This document shows, one piece after another, positions 26,490-35,075 of a stretch of DNA of 64,000 nucleotides. Source of the stretch: a phage; sequence record PX423614.1; one strand, written 5' to 3'. Positions within the stretch are counted from its first letter, which is position 1. Each line of letters opens with the position of its first letter. The notes under the pieces are model-generated. The model saw only the letters and a list, made by a program, of their open reading frames with translations. It made no database searches and was not told the origin of the DNA. The translations under genes were made by a program, and so were the position numbers.

Positions 26490-27962
26490 ATGATTAAGAT
26501 TCCATTGTCTGAATTGAACCTTCAAGAAGGAGAAGCCCTCAGTGTAGGGCTTGACCTGATTCGTAATTTGATCAGAGATAACGTAGTCCCTGATGGCATC
26601 TATCCTGTTATTGCAGGTGGTGCTATCCGTGATACGTTCTTCCAAAATAGAACTCCGAATGATGTTGATATCTTCCTAGTTCAAGGAGGGTTTCGTTGGA
26701 ACACTCGTCAGGAAAACAGCCCTGCTAACGTAGGTAATGCTGCACTTTTCCTTGACAACTTCTTATCTTGGACAGAAAGTAAGGGGCTTCAGGTTACATC
26801 TCGACTAATTCAGCCTGTTAACGGGACAACCTATGCTGAAGCGCTTTTCACTTTCCAAGAGATTCTGGAAATTGAGATTGATCAAGTTAAAATCCAGATG
26901 ATGATTAATCTACCTTTGGATATGGATACTTTAAGCCGTCGCTTCCCTATGATCTGTCAAGGGTTTATGACTCTTGGTAATCTGTATGTGTCAAACGAAG
27001 GTTTGTTTGCAATGTCATACACTCGTGACATTCCTGTGGTATCTAGTCGTGAAATGAAGTACGTTCACAAGAAGTGGCCTGAAGCAACTGTTGCAGTTTA
27101 TAGCAGTTCTACCGAATATATGCACCTTGCAATGGGAGCTTTCGGTGAGCCAGAAGTTCACCTGATTAGTGATTTAGTTGGACCTATGGCTGGTGTAAAT
27201 TTATATCAGAATCAGCGTCGTCATTATACCCTGAAGATGATGGAAACTATATTAAACATTCCTCAGGAAAGGGGTCGTAGTTATCTGGACGAGGAAGTTA
27301 ACCTACAGACAGAATGGTCTAGTGGATTAACCACTATAGGTGCTGAAGCAATCACGCAGCCTTGGACTCCGGGAACTAACAGACGAGATCTTCAAGCTTT
27401 TAATGAAGAAACTTCTCGAACAGTTCGAGGAGGTGTTGTAGGGTATAACGTACAACCTCATGAAAGACCTCGTGACACTTTCACTGGCAGTTTTGGTAGT
27501 GCACGCTCTTCTGGAGTGGATACTCGTACATGGCATGTCCAAGGAGGAACTGCTCGTCCTATTCCCTCTCCGTCAATGGATGATTTGCAGCGTTCTCGTC
27601 GTTCATGGGAAACAGTAAGCTCTGTTGTTCAGGGTCTACGTGCTAGAGATATTGAACGTGTAGAAGTTGGTGATTTGCCAACCCCTACAGAAGATCGAGT
27701 ATCAGCTATAGCGGCTCGTGAAGCTGCTCATATTGGTTTTGCATCATTAACTAATGACGCTAACGAAGCTCCTCGACCTGTTGGTCGTCGTAATGGTCTA
27801 GCTCACTCTGACACTGCACTTGGTGCAGAACTACGAGCAGCAGCTCGTGAGCTATCTGGTGAGCTTCACAACAACCTAGCAGGTGTTACACTATCTCGTG
27901 AAACAGCTCGTAATATGATTAATAATTTGGCATCATCTGTACAAGGAAACAGAAACTCATGA
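26490..27962 (+). CDS. polymerase-beta superfamily nucleotidyltransferase with disordered Arg/Ser/Thr-rich C-terminal half
   Basis: VIAGGAIRD...NDVDIF matches the GG...DxD head-domain signature of CCA-adding/poly(A) polymerase-type nucleotidyltransferases. Confidence 0.45.
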   Translation: MIKIPLSELNLQEGEALSVGLDLIRNLIRDNVVPDGIYPVIAGGAIRDTFFQNRTPNDVDIFLVQGGFRWNTRQENSPANVGNAALFLDNFLSWTESKGLQVTSRLIQPVNGTTYAEALFTFQEILEIEIDQVKIQMMINLPLDMDTLSRRFPMICQGFMTLGNLYVSNEGLFAMSYTRDIPVVSSREMKYVHKKWPEATVAVYSSSTEYMHLAMGAFGEPEVHLISDLVGPMAGVNLYQNQRRHYTLKMMETILNIPQERGRSYLDEEVNLQTEWSSGLTTIGAEAITQPWTPGTNRRDLQAFNEETSRTVRGGVVGYNVQPHERPRDTFTGSFGSARSSGVDTRTWHVQGGTARPIPSPSMDDLQRSRRSWETVSSVVQGLRARDIERVEVGDLPTPTEDRVSAIAAREAAHIGFASLTNDANEAPRPVGRRNGLAHSDTALGAELRAAARELSGELHNNLAGVTLSRETARNMINNLASSVQGNRNS

Positions 27963-28492
27963 GTCTTTTAGGTTCTCAAGAATTACACAGCGTTATCGAT
28001 AATGGCTTTTTAGATGCGGAGCATAAATATGTTAACGCTGCTAGCGTGGATATCCGTATTGGTGATACTATCCTTGTTGAAGAACAGGCTGATGGTATTG
28101 TTGACATTGATGCTAAAGAAAACCTCAAGTGGAAAGAAGTGAAAATCCCTGAAGATGGCATTGTCATTACTCCGGGACAGTTCTTCTTAGCTCACTCTAT
28201 GGAAGAATTTAACCTTCCAGACAATATTTCAAGTCTGTTTGTACTCCGCTCCTCAATGGCTCGTTGTGGTTTAAACCACTTACATGCTGGGTGGGCTGAT
28301 GCAGGGTTTAACAGCAGTAAGCTAACCTTTGAGTTCCATAACGTTACCCACAATCACAGCTTACGAGTTCGTGCTGGGATGCGTGTTGGTCAAATGGTTA
28401 TGTTTGAACACTCTCACGCTGGTGATGATTCCTATGCAGTGAAGGGTCGTTATAATAACTCTGATGGGGTTGTTGCTTCTAAAGGCGTATAA
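27959..28492 (+). CDS. dcd: dCTP deaminase (Dcd)/dUTPase superfamily protein
   Basis: aligns with E. coli Dcd: ASVDIRIG, ITPGQFFLAHS, RSSMARCGL, AGWADAGF, catalytic-Glu block TFEF, GMRVGQMV. Confidence 0.65.
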   Translation: MSLLGSQELHSVIDNGFLDAEHKYVNAASVDIRIGDTILVEEQADGIVDIDAKENLKWKEVKIPEDGIVITPGQFFLAHSMEEFNLPDNISSLFVLRSSMARCGLNHLHAGWADAGFNSSKLTFEFHNVTHNHSLRVRAGMRVGQMVMFEHSHAGDDSYAVKGRYNNSDGVVASKGV

Positions 28493-28708
28493 TTGATGGA
28501 GTTTGGAACAATGAAAAGACGTTGGGTAGTCCGCGTTCACTGGAGCAGTGGTACAGAATCAATGGGTATCAGAAACACTCGTCAAGAAGCTCGCGCTCAT
28601 AAGAAGTTCTTATTAAGCTGCGAAAGTACTATTGACAAGATCACTATCCACAAAGCTCAGGACTTTAAATCAGGTCGTTTCTATATCAGCGGAAAGGTAC
28701 ATTACTAA
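28493..28708 (+). CDS. small protein, KVHY-tail family copy 1
   Basis: W.VRV.W...TRQEAR...I.IHK...KVHY pattern shared by four ORFs. Confidence 0.5.
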   Translation: MMEFGTMKRRWVVRVHWSSGTESMGIRNTRQEARAHKKFLLSCESTIDKITIHKAQDFKSGRFYISGKVHY

Positions 28709-28914
28709 TGGCTAAATTATGGGCAGTTCGTGTTAAATGGGCTAACAAAGATCTTGGTGGTGATTGTCTTAAACTGTTTGACACACGACAAGAAGCTCGT
28801 CTTGCTAAGAAAGCTACAAAAGCTTTAGGTCTCGCTGAAAAAGTAGAGATTCATCGTTGGTTTCAAAATGATAATAACAGTGCAGGATCCTTGACTAGCA
28901 AGGTTCATTACTAG
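28708..28914 (+). CDS. small protein, KVHY-tail family copy 2
   Basis: LWAVRVKW...TRQEARLAKKA...SKVHY. Confidence 0.5.
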   Translation: MAKLWAVRVKWANKDLGGDCLKLFDTRQEARLAKKATKALGLAEKVEIHRWFQNDNNSAGSLTSKVHY

Positions 28915-28966
28915 TTGGTAGTAGATATGATAACTCTCAAATGTATATACAGTATAAGAATATTGT

Positions 28967-29314
28967 ATGAAACAGGAGAGAGTTATGTTAGATTTGAGTA
29001 AAGTGGCCCCGCCATCTGAAGAGATTAGCAAAGCTAAAGTTATGCAGCAGTTCTATCATCGTGATATGCTTGGTCGTTATATCAAGAATCGTGATGTTGT
29101 TGCATGGTCTATTGGAAATCAAGGTTATCTTCTCAAAGTGTTGCAAGTTACTGGCTCAACAGCCAAGCGAGTCAAAGTCTATGACCCTGAAATGGGGCGT
29201 TCTAAATCAGTAGACCCTCAGAATTGCATTGTTATCACACAACAGGTCATGGATAACATTGCTCGTAATGTAGCTAATTCAACTAACTTAGAAGGGGATG
29301 CACCTAATGCATAA
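28967..29314 (+). CDS. hypothetical protein
   Basis: ORF track; AAATGTATATA motif about 25 bp upstream. Confidence 0.45.
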   Translation: MKQERVMLDLSKVAPPSEEISKAKVMQQFYHRDMLGRYIKNRDVVAWSIGNQGYLLKVLQVTGSTAKRVKVYDPEMGRSKSVDPQNCIVITQQVMDNIARNVANSTNLEGDAPNA

Positions 29315-29873
29315 TAATGTCTTCGACTTACCTGAACTAACACGAGTGGGTTCTAGCAACCCATTCTCTACTACTGACTCTTCTATCTCTCGTCTTGAGG
29401 GAATGAATAAACTGATTAGCGGTAACAGCTTAGAACACATCTTGTGTGGTGTGCAAGCTAACCTTGAACTTCTACACATCAAAGCAAAGAACTACCACTG
29501 GAACGTCTCTGGAGCTGGTTTCCAAGGTGTTCATGGTATGTTCGATGAGTTAGAAGATTATGCTCGTGAGGCAGGCGACCGAATAGCAGAGCGTATGCGC
29601 TTTCACTGTGTTAAAGTGGATGCTACTGCTAGTAACTATTTAGGTCATGCTTGGTTCCGAGAAGGTAACGCTGATCTCGACATGGACGGTATGCTTTCCG
29701 ACATGTGCATGACTCTGATGTGTATCATTGAAAAGATGGACGAGTTTGATTCAGACTTGTGCACTTATCCAGTTGACCAGAGTATGCTTCAAGAAATTAA
29801 TGAAGGTCTTGGCAAGTTCTGCTACTTCGTCAAGAGCAACATGTCCCACTCCAGTGGTGACGTGTCTTACTAA
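29298..29873 (+). CDS. Dps-like ferritin-superfamily protein
   Basis: HWNVSGAGFQGVHGMFDELEDYAREAGDRIAER matches the Dps signature H-W-N-V-x-G...H...F.E...E; alternative internal start at 29403 possible. Confidence 0.55.
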   Translation: MHLMHNNVFDLPELTRVGSSNPFSTTDSSISRLEGMNKLISGNSLEHILCGVQANLELLHIKAKNYHWNVSGAGFQGVHGMFDELEDYAREAGDRIAERMRFHCVKVDATASNYLGHAWFREGNADLDMDGMLSDMCMTLMCIIEKMDEFDSDLCTYPVDQSMLQEINEGLGKFCYFVKSNMSHSSGDVSY

Positions 29874-29930
29874 TCAAACCTCCGCCCTGTCTCTTTGTTT
29901 AAGAGGTGGGGCGAACTTCTTTATAAGGAT

Positions 29931-30116
29931 ATGAGTATGTTTTCAGCAATCGTATGGTCTGTATGGGCAATTCTTGTTGGTGGTATCGTTTATCTGGCTC
30001 AGAAGCAGATGCTTAAAGAGAATCCGAATGATGCTAAACCTATTAAACATGGCAGCATTGCTCTGGTAATTTTCTCTGTTGTTATTCCTTTCCTTCTCCA
30101 CCTGTTGACTGCATAA
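29931..30116 (+). CDS. small membrane protein (two helices), tandem paralog 1
   Basis: AAGGA RBS; hydrophobic helices; paralog of the following interrupted gene. Confidence 0.5.
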   Translation: MSMFSAIVWSVWAILVGGIVYLAQKQMLKENPNDAKPIKHGSIALVIFSVVIPFLLHLLTA

Positions 30117-30125
30117 GGGTTTGAT

Positions 30126-30315
30126 ATGATTTCACTGATTGTGTGGGCCGTGTGGTCGTTAATAGTTGGTACTGTTATATATATATAAAGCTCGAAATTT
30201 AGCAATTAAAGAAAACCCAGCAGAAGAGGATGTTAAAGCTATCAAGCTAGGTAGTGTTGTTCTGGTACATTTTGCTATAACACTACCTCTTGTTATTATT
30301 CTTTGTATGCTATAA
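30126..30315 (+). pseudogene. frameshifted tandem paralog of 29931-30116 (interrupted at an (AT)5 tract)
   Basis: frame 0 stops after 20 codons within ATATATATATA (30177-30187); a +1 shift restores a C-terminal half similar to the upstream paralog. Confidence 0.4.
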
Positions 30316-30505
30316 GGAATCCAAAGAGTGAAACTAAACCTACCTGAAGAATTACAAGCACATGCCATTATCGTTAGTGGCTGTGTGATGGGTCTTGGTC
30401 AGACAAAGAAGATTGCTCATGACTTAGCAAAAGGTCAGTATAAATCTTTTATTGTTGTTCCTGCTACCCAGCGTCATATCAACCTGTTTATTAACAAGGA
30501 ATAGA

Positions 30506-30781
30506 ATGAGTAAAGTAATTAAGTTTTATAGTAATTCATGTGCTCCGTGTGCAGCTATGGCTCCTGTGTTTAAGAAGGTTGTGGCTGACTATAGTGTAGA
30601 AGTTGAAGAAGTAAATATCTCTGAAGGTGATGGTCGAGAGCGAGCCGTTGAATATGGTGTTCGCAGTATCCCAGCCTTTGTCGTCCCTGATAAGAACAGT
30701 GGTGCTCATTATAGTTTATCAGGTATGCAAACTGAATCTAATCTCCGTGCATTTTTAGACACGGCTCTGAAAGGTATTTAA
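30506..30781 (+). CDS. thioredoxin/glutaredoxin-like protein (CxxC active site)
   Basis: KFYSNSCAPCAAMAP CxxC motif in thioredoxin-fold position; downstream IPAFVV cis-Pro-like motif. Confidence 0.5.
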   Translation: MSKVIKFYSNSCAPCAAMAPVFKKVVADYSVEVEEVNISEGDGRERAVEYGVRSIPAFVVPDKNSGAHYSLSGMQTESNLRAFLDTALKGI

Positions 30782-30782
30782 T

Positions 30783-30998
30783 ATGGAAAAGAAACCTTGG
30801 ATTACTTTTTGGGTAGTTAAGTGGTTTAATTTTGATAGCACAATCCCTAGCCTCTCCTCGTACACAACACGGAGAGAGGCTCGCCGCTTTAAGCGAGCTT
30901 TAAAAATTGCTAACACTGGTGCTTCTAAGATCACAATCCAGAAAGGGATTGAAACAGAAAGTGGAAGCAATCTGATTTATAAAAAGATTTACTATTAA
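30783..30998 (+). CDS. small protein, KVHY-tail family copy 3
   Basis: WVVKW...TRREARRFKRALK...ITIQK...KKIYY. Confidence 0.5.
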   Translation: MEKKPWITFWVVKWFNFDSTIPSLSSYTTRREARRFKRALKIANTGASKITIQKGIETESGSNLIYKKIYY

Positions 30999-31013
30999 AG
31001 AATAGGTGCTATT

Positions 31014-31226
31014 ATGACTCAAGGAAAAGATGTGTATTTTTGGGCTGTTGTTTCTGAATATCCAGAGATGGAGTATCCAAGGGTTAACACGTGTGCTACT
31101 CGTAAAACTGCACGATGCACTAAACGTGCCCTCAAGAAGATGGGTCGTGATTCGAAGATTTCAATCCACCGTGCATATATGACAGCAGCGGGTTTCATTG
31201 TAGTAACACCAAAAGTTTATTATTAA
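31014..31226 (+). CDS. small protein, KVHY-tail family copy 4
   Basis: FWAVV...TRKTARCTKRALK...ISIHR...PKVYY. Confidence 0.5.
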   Translation: MTQGKDVYFWAVVSEYPEMEYPRVNTCATRKTARCTKRALKKMGRDSKISIHRAYMTAAGFIVVTPKVYY

Positions 31227-31240
31227 GGAAGAGTTCAAGG

Positions 31241-31891
31241 ATGAATGAACAATTACAAGCAACACTAATTGAAGCAATGGGAAATGACAAAACCGTTGTT
31301 AACGCAGCTCGGGTTTCTTTTGGAGTCACTCGTGAAGGAGAGTTAAATGAACGTGATGAACGCCTTATCAAATTCCTTGCCAGAGAAAAACACTGTACAC
31401 CATTCCGTCATCCGACAATTAGCTTCCGATGCAAAGCGCCAATCGCAATTGCGAGGCAGCTGGGCAAGCATCAAGTTGGATTCTCGTGGAACGAAATGTC
31501 CCGGCGGTATAAAGATGGAGCAGTTGAACTCTTCATCCCTAAAGAGATTTTTGAAAGACCTTCGGACCTCCATGCAGGTGCGGGGAATCTCCTCACCACA
31601 GGAGCACAAAACTCTGCACTAGTCCTGATTAATCGGGCATATGAAACAGCTCTTGAGTCATATGATGAGTTGATTAAGTTCATCGCTCCAGAGCAAGCTC
31701 GATTCGTACTACCTCAGGGAATGATCACTGAGTGGGTGTGGACAGGCTCTTTATATGGTTGGTCAGAGTTGTGTCGTCAGCGACTGTCCGACCATGCTCA
31801 GTATGAAGTACGAGTGTTCGCATCAACGGTCGATGAAGAGCTTCGTAAACTTTTCCCAATCTCATGGGACGCACTACGTGAAGCCCACTAA
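31241..31891 (+). CDS. thyX: ThyX-like flavin-dependent thymidylate synthase homolog with divergent RHR motif
   Basis: KHQVGFSWNEMSRRY resembles the ThyX signature RHR-x-x-S-xxxx-S-x-RY but RHR is replaced by KHQ. Confidence 0.5.
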   Translation: MNEQLQATLIEAMGNDKTVVNAARVSFGVTREGELNERDERLIKFLAREKHCTPFRHPTISFRCKAPIAIARQLGKHQVGFSWNEMSRRYKDGAVELFIPKEIFERPSDLHAGAGNLLTTGAQNSALVLINRAYETALESYDELIKFIAPEQARFVLPQGMITEWVWTGSLYGWSELCRQRLSDHAQYEVRVFASTVDEELRKLFPISWDALREAH

Positions 31892-32063
31892 AGTGTGTAG
31901 CTTCTGTCAAAAGCAGAAGCTTCTTATCAATTTCAAGCTGAACGAGGAAACAGGTTTGGGTCATGCTTTTTGTCATGATTGCAGGTACTACCTTGAACAG
32001 AAGCAACACATAAACTGGTTGCATTACTACAAACCTAACACCTACAAGCACAAGGTTATCTAA

Positions 32064-32543
32064 ATGAAAGCTATTTTTGAAGGAAGAGAATATGATGTTC
32101 CTGAGTGGACCAAATACATAGCCCGCGATTGTGATAATCAGGTTTGGGCATATGGAAATACACGACCTATGTTTAATGAAAACACTGGCAGTTGGTCTAA
32201 TATGTCAAAACTACCGGGATATATTCGGTTGCTTGGTTCTTCTAGGCGTCCTGTAGGTTTCGCTGCTGACTCTCTTGTTGAGGTCGGTGTTGAAAAAGGG
32301 GTAGACAAGCCAGAAACAATTTGGGTATTGTCTTCGAGTACTCCAATCAAAGGGAGTCGTGGGATTTCCTTCTACGTTGAGCCTGTCGCTTACTTCAAAA
32401 AGAAGCCAACCACCAACTCTCTGATGTTAAAGAACATTCCTTATTCCCAAGTTGCTACTCTGTTAGATAATGGAACAGTGCTTGTTGAGAATAATGGGAC
32501 AAATCAAATCTTTTATGATTTAGAAGAAAGGGTTTTGGAATGA
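32064..32543 (+). CDS. hypothetical protein
   Basis: ORF track. Confidence 0.5.
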   Translation: MKAIFEGREYDVPEWTKYIARDCDNQVWAYGNTRPMFNENTGSWSNMSKLPGYIRLLGSSRRPVGFAADSLVEVGVEKGVDKPETIWVLSSSTPIKGSRGISFYVEPVAYFKKKPTTNSLMLKNIPYSQVATLLDNGTVLVENNGTNQIFYDLEERVLE

Positions 32544-32860
32544 TCAACAATAATACATTTAGGACTGGTAACGGAAATGAAATCAGTCCTGCTGAAGTGA
32601 TTAAACGACACAGAACACAGATGCTTATCCACTCCTATTTGTATTATTGGTTGGATGACCCAATCTGGTCTGACGATAAGTGGCAACAAGTGGCTGATGA
32701 CTTAACCACCTTGCAAGAGATGTATCCTGAGCCTATTGGATTCTTCGATTCAGAGTTCAATGGATGGAATGGCTCCACTGGTATGCATCTTCCTCATGAC
32801 GAGCGTATAGCTTGTATGGCTACTGAAGTATACCGTTTACATAAGGACAAATCAATCTGA
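32540..32860 (+). CDS. hypothetical protein
   Basis: ORF track; overlapping start/stop. Confidence 0.5.
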   Translation: MINNNTFRTGNGNEISPAEVIKRHRTQMLIHSYLYYWLDDPIWSDDKWQQVADDLTTLQEMYPEPIGFFDSEFNGWNGSTGMHLPHDERIACMATEVYRLHKDKSI

Positions 32861-33038
32861 AATGTTTTAAATGTGAATCAACTCTTCTCCATTTGGACTC
32901 GAAAGTAATACGGGAGCTTGCCAAAGGCTCCCCGACTAAAGGGAAGAATAAGAAGTTTGTCGAAATTAAGGTTATAGGTATCCATTGCTCAGAGTGTAAA
33001 TCCTGTAGCTTCTTATATGAAGAACACGGAGGTAGGAA

Positions 33039-33776
33039 ATGAGTCGTAGAGAATCTCGGAAAGCATCACGGAGAGAATTACGTCGTGAAGCTCTCGTCAC
33101 CAAGAAAGGAAAGCGGGAATTTGAAGAAGTAGTTCTTGCTAAGCCGGTAGTACCTCAGAACCAATTCCAGAGTGAGCTGCTTGATGCAATTAAAACCAAA
33201 CAGGTTGTATTCACAGATGCTCCTGCTGGTTGTGGTAAGACCTTCGTAATTACTTCTACAGTAATTGATGCTCTGAAGAGTGGGAAGATTGAGAAGATTA
33301 TCCTAAGCCGGCCTGCTGTTGGTATGGGTAATAGTCTTGGATTACTTCCCGGTGGGCTTCGTGAGAAGTTTGAACCATACCTAATGCCAATCGTTGATGT
33401 TATTACTCAGCGCTACGGTAAAGGTTTCTACGAATGTCAAGTAGGTAATGGTAATATTGAGTTCGTACCTCTGGAATATCTACGTGGTCGCTCGTTCAAC
33501 GATGCTGTCGTGATTGTTGATGAGTTCCAGAACACTACTCCTGATGAAGCATATTCAATCATGACACGTCTTGGTGAAACCTCTCAGATGTTCTGCATGG
33601 GGGACACTAACCAGCACGACATGCGTGGTGAGAGCGGTCTTGATTGGGCTACTGATTTCATCTACCGTCACCAGTTATTTGAGTTTGCCGCTCTAGTAGA
33701 TGGCGAATCAGATGATATTGTTCGTTCAGGTTTCTGTAAAGCTATTGTTAAAGCAATGGAATCTGAAAAATCATAA
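33039..33776 (+). CDS. phoH: PhoH-like ATPase
   Basis: Walker A DAPAGCGKTF, Walker B VIVDEFQN and overall PhoH-family pattern. Confidence 0.7.
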   Translation: MSRRESRKASRRELRREALVTKKGKREFEEVVLAKPVVPQNQFQSELLDAIKTKQVVFTDAPAGCGKTFVITSTVIDALKSGKIEKIILSRPAVGMGNSLGLLPGGLREKFEPYLMPIVDVITQRYGKGFYECQVGNGNIEFVPLEYLRGRSFNDAVVIVDEFQNTTPDEAYSIMTRLGETSQMFCMGDTNQHDMRGESGLDWATDFIYRHQLFEFAALVDGESDDIVRSGFCKAIVKAMESEKS

Positions 33777-33823
33777 ACATAATGTATACTCCTTAGTGTA
33801 CACTGATATGTTAAGGAGTTGTG

Positions 33824-34138
33824 ATGACCGATAAGGCGAAACGTGATTATGCACAAGAACGAAGAACTGCAATCGCAAGGGGTGAGACCGGCGTTGGTAG
33901 CAAGAGCGGAGATGCTCAGCGCCACCGTGCACGTCGCATCGTTGAAAAGCGCGATGGAAAAGCTGCTGTCCGAGGTAAAGATGTTGGACACAAACGATCA
34001 ATCAAGTCGGGAGGTTCTAATGCGTCAAGTAACTTACGTGTTGAATCAGTCTCTCGAAATCGCTCGAACGGCGGCAAAAGTGGAGATCGTGCTGGAAAAT
34101 CAGCAGGCGGTCGCAAAGGAGCTTTAAGCTCAAGTTGA
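33824..34138 (+). CDS. highly basic Arg/Lys/Gly-rich protein
   Basis: AAGGAG RBS 9 nt before ATG; TAATGTATA motif 36 bp upstream; an alternative overlapping frame (33843-34127) also stays open. Confidence 0.45.
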   Translation: MTDKAKRDYAQERRTAIARGETGVGSKSGDAQRHRARRIVEKRDGKAAVRGKDVGHKRSIKSGGSNASSNLRVESVSRNRSNGGKSGDRAGKSAGGRKGALSSS

Positions 34139-34143
34139 TATAA

Positions 34144-34174
34144 GGCTACCCATTTCGGGTGGCCTTTTCTTTTA
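34144..34174 (+). terminator. rho-independent terminator
   Basis: GGCTACCC-atttc-GGGTGGCC followed by TTTTCTTTT. Confidence 0.6.
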
Positions 34175-34194
34175 TAGAACCTAAGGTAATAAAT

Positions 34195-34446
34195 ATGTCT
34201 AAAGTAACTTATATCACTGTAACTGATTTCCTCCCTTCTCTGAACACAACTGAGAGCTATACTTTTCCTGTAGAAAATGTTACAAGCTCTGTTGAAATGA
34301 TTAAGTTTAATCAAACAACAGCTCGTACTAACGTGGCTCTTCGTGGTCCTGATGGCAAGTTCATCTCCTTCCGTGATAAGGTTGTTCCTAAGCGTATTGC
34401 TAAATCTATTGAAAATCTGAAACCTTTCCCTAACTTTGGTGCATAA
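34195..34446 (+). CDS. small protein, tandem paralog 1 (TARTNV...GKF...NLKPFP)
   Basis: shares TARTNVALRGPDGKFISFRD and NLKPFP with the next gene. Confidence 0.5.
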   Translation: MSKVTYITVTDFLPSLNTTESYTFPVENVTSSVEMIKFNQTTARTNVALRGPDGKFISFRDKVVPKRIAKSIENLKPFPNFGA

Positions 34447-34447
34447 T

Positions 34448-34705
34448 ATGAAGATTAGCTTAATCCAAATTCGTGATCATCTCTTTAATGGTGACGCTCA
34501 GACTCATGACTACAAGGTTAATCAAGGACAACACCCTACCAATCACCTGATTGGAGGGATTTCTTTATTACCTAATAAAACAGCACGGACTAATGTAATG
34601 ATTCGTGGTAAGGATGGTAAATTCCTCTCTTATCGTGACCCTGAAATCTGTGCTATTGTTCGTACAGCCATGAACAACCTAAAACCATTCCCGACAGTGG
34701 AGTAA
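34448..34705 (+). CDS. small protein, tandem paralog 2
   Basis: TARTNVMIRGKDGKFLSYRD...NLKPFP. Confidence 0.5.
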   Translation: MKISLIQIRDHLFNGDAQTHDYKVNQGQHPTNHLIGGISLLPNKTARTNVMIRGKDGKFLSYRDPEICAIVRTAMNNLKPFPTVE

Positions 34706-34708
34706 GTT

Positions 34709-35062
34709 ATGCCAGTACCTCAACGCCTAGAACGTCACTGCGTTCTCAAATGGGATAATATTCATGATAACCTCTCTATTCAAGAGTTTCGTCAGTTTAT
34801 CGAATTGACAGCGAAGATTAACCGAAACCAACCAGCTCGAAACTTTGTGGTGGTTAGCGATAAGTATCCAGAGCTGTATGAGCAGGTGTGGGGGATGAAA
34901 CTAGCACAGGTTCAGAGGAATAGTAATGAACGGAGAGAAGCTCGTAGACAGCGAGCAGAAGATGTTCCAGCAGTCTTTTATGTGGATGAATTGGCTGATT
35001 CATATGAAGCTTTAGATATTGTTGAAGACAACCAAGCATTCACAGATTTAATATACCAATAA
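34709..35062 (+). CDS. hypothetical protein
   Basis: ORF track. Confidence 0.5.
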   Translation: MPVPQRLERHCVLKWDNIHDNLSIQEFRQFIELTAKINRNQPARNFVVVSDKYPELYEQVWGMKLAQVQRNSNERREARRQRAEDVPAVFYVDELADSYEALDIVEDNQAFTDLIYQ

Positions 35063-35075
35063 CTATAAGGAGTGG

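Noticed and set aside
31755-32063. Track ORF overlapping the 3' end of the ThyX-like gene (Cys-rich, possible GTG start near 31871)
   Set aside because: No clear ribosome-binding site and heavy overlap with the ThyX-like gene; a small zinc-ribbon protein is possible but not supported enough to list.
26488-35075. Intein or intron explaining the gap between the exonuclease and polymerase parts of the DNA polymerase
   Set aside because: The 8.6-kb gap contains over 20 independent genes with their own ribosome-binding sites and terminators; only the separate motif-C interruption (36771-37378) has intron features.
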